Below, piece by piece: positions 62,174-64,000 of a stretch of DNA of 64,000 nt. The DNA is from Macrostomum lignano. Lineage: Eukaryota. Made by a program: the position numbers and the translations under genes. The notes beneath the pieces are model-generated. The model had not been told where the DNA came from and ran no database searches. It saw only the letters and a list, made by a program, of their open reading frames with translations. The stretch lies in the NCBI GenBank assembly GCA_002269645.1, contig NIVC01000176.1, positions 124,001 to 188,000 on the forward strand, in the 5' to 3' direction. The first letter of the stretch is position 1; each line of letters opens with the position of its first letter.

Positions 62174-62771
62174 TACATGGCGATTACAGTCTAGCCTACT
62201 CAGAAGTAGCTACTATTAAAATTTCAAAATACTGGTAGCAATCCGACCTGATTTTGACAGCGATCGACAGACCAAGAGAATCTGTTAGCCGCTTAATTTT
62301 TGCTGTTGCCGCATTGATTGATAGTTTTCTCTTTGATTGCATTTCTGCTGAATTTGGGCATTGACTTGTTGCTTGTGACTGTCGACACCAGGATGACCAC
62401 GCTCAGGACAATGATCCCGGCCAAGAAGCCGACGGTCTGGAGAACAACAGTTACATATCGTGGCTTGTTGGATTCTGCTACATTACAACAGCAGTGACCA
62501 AGGCCCTGGGCACAATAAAAGACTGCAGATAGCAGTTGACCCGCAAAAAGGATGCACTTCAAGAGTCTATAACTGGGGTGCTCATGCACTGAAGCTCGAG
62601 ATTTAACATCGTTAAAAAGCAAAATCTTTCACAACCTCGAAACTTCAGCAACCTCACACAGATTTCGACTGGGTAAGATTCTGAGTCTTGTAATTTAGTG
62701 AAAGTGAAAACCAAGTCTTGAGTTGCTGAAGTTCACTGCCTTTGACGATGTGAATTCTTGAGTTGCTGAAG

Positions 62772-62977
62772 ACAGACAAACAGAAAAACAGACAAACAGA
62801 AAGGCAGACAAAAAGAAAGACAAACACAAAAACAGACAAACAGAAAGGCAGACAAAAAGAAAGACAAGCAGAAAAACAGACAAACAGAAAGGCAGACAAA
62901 AAGAAAGACAAACACAAAAACAGACAAACAGAAAGGCAGACAAAAAGAAAGACAAACAGAAAGACAGACAAACAGAG
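62772..62977. repeat. Compound A-rich repeat of about 40 bp derived from ACAG/AAAG
   Basis: About 5 units of ACAGACAAACAGAAAGGCAGACAAAAAGAAAGACAAAC. Confidence 0.85.
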
Positions 62978-63162
62978 CAAAAAGCAGCTACGATAGCAAT
63001 TATTCTGTCGCCAAGCCTGACCGCTCCGAAATCTCATTTATTTCAATTGGACGGTGGTAGCGCTGCCAATGGTAGACGATTGTGATGCAAATGAGATAAA
63101 ACAGGTAAATACCAGCAAAAAGAGGCGCTCTCTGCCTTCCACAGCACCGAAATCGAGCCAAC

Positions 63163-64000
63163 ATGGAAGCTCTTTGGAGAATCCTGACAGCCATTGCAGC
63201 AGTTCTGATGCAGACCTTCGGCAGGTCCGCAGGCCGAAGCGAGAGCCTTGATGGGACCGAACAGGAGATCCTGGAAGCTGTTATGTCCGAAAATGAAGCA
63301 ATAATTTCACGATACCTGCAGACGGCTCCTAACGTTGATAGGCTCCTCAGCATCTCACCGCTTCACATTGCATGCGAAATAGGAAAAGACAAAATTGTCG
63401 AGATGTTCATTCAGGCGAAAGCTGACGTCAATATTCAAGAAGTCGATGGCTGCTCACCTCTCTACGCTGCATCACAGAATGGTCACGACCAAGTTGTGAG
63501 CTCACTCATCAAAGCACAAGCTGACGTCAATCTTCAACGAAACACTGGCGAGTCACCTCTCTACATTGCATCACACTTTGGTCACGACCAAGTTGTGAGC
63601 TCACTCATCAAAGCACAAGCTGACGTCAATCTTCAACGAAACACTGGCGAGTCACCTCTCTACGCTGCATCACACTTTGGTCACGACCAAGTTGTGAGCT
63701 CACTCATCAAAGCACAAGCTGACGTCAATCTTCAAGAAGTCGATGGCTGCTCACCTCTCTACATTGCATCACAGAATGGTCACGACCAAGTTGTGAGCTC
63801 ACTCATCAAAGCACAAGCTGACGTCAATCTTCAACGAAACACTGGCTCGTCACCTCTCTACATTGCATCACAGAATGGTCACGACCAAGTTGTGAGCTCA
63901 CTCATCAAAGCACAAGCTGACGTCAATCTTCAACGAAACACTGGCGAGTCACCTCTCTACATTGCATCACAGAATGGTCACGACCAAGTTGTGAGCTCAC
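63163..64000 (+). CDS. Ankyrin-repeat protein with an N-terminal signal-peptide-like segment (open at the window edge)
   Basis: The frame from ATG 63163 (in-frame TAA at 63106) reads MEALWRILTAIAAVLMQTFGRSAG...SPLHIACEIGKDKIVEMFIQAKADVNIQEVDGCSPLYAASQNGHDQVVSSLIKAQADVN. 99-bp units start at 63421, 63520, 63619, 63718, 63817 and 63916. No stop before 64000. Confidence 0.85.
   Translation, partial: MEALWRILTAIAAVLMQTFGRSAGRSESLDGTEQEILEAVMSENEAIISRYLQTAPNVDRLLSISPLHIACEIGKDKIVEMFIQAKADVNIQEVDGCSPLYAASQNGHDQVVSSLIKAQADVNLQRNTGESPLYIASHFGHDQVVSSLIKAQADVNLQRNTGESPLYAASHFGHDQVVSSLIKAQADVNLQEVDGCSPLYIASQNGHDQVVSSLIKAQADVNLQRNTGSSPLYIASQNGHDQVVSSLIKAQADVNLQRNTGESPLYIASQNGHDQVVSS

Noticed and set aside
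63054-63251. Short upstream ORF as the start of the ankyrin protein
   Set aside because: It is in a different frame and stops at 63251; the ankyrin frame has its own ATG at 63163 after an in-frame stop.

Overview
Eukaryotic (metazoan) genomic DNA that is very rich in repeats. GC-rich coding exons are separated by introns filled with minisatellites, and the transposon complement suggests a free-living flatworm such as Macrostomum (inference only). There are no prokaryotic features or CRISPR arrays. Manually spliced host genes: a secreted fibrinogen-domain (FReD) gene with a frameshifted duplicate and a third diverged remnant; a KChIP/NCS-like EF-hand gene; a claudin/PMP22-like tetraspan gene; two tandem diverged p24/TMED GOLD-domain genes; CtIP/RBBP8; a 7-exon acetyl-CoA synthetase; and a signal-peptide ankyrin-repeat ORF that runs off the right edge. 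Mobile DNA: LOA-clade LINE pieces, three Ty3/Gypsy elements (two with paired LTRs, TSDs and a tRNA-Ser PBS), two solo LTRs, two mariners, two tRNA-derived SINEs, a MITE, a hAT end and a Polinton-like integrase scrap. The least explained signals are two degenerate copies of the 28S rRNA helix 69-71 (R2/I-PpoI target) segment in one acetyl-CoA synthetase intron, the apparently secreted ankyrin-repeat protein, altered phosphosites in the CtIP C-terminus, a CpG-hypermutated zone, and a four-layer nested structure (solo LTR in mariner in an inverted duplication capped by a hAT end). All exon boundaries, family assignments and reference motifs were read or recalled by eye, without database searches.
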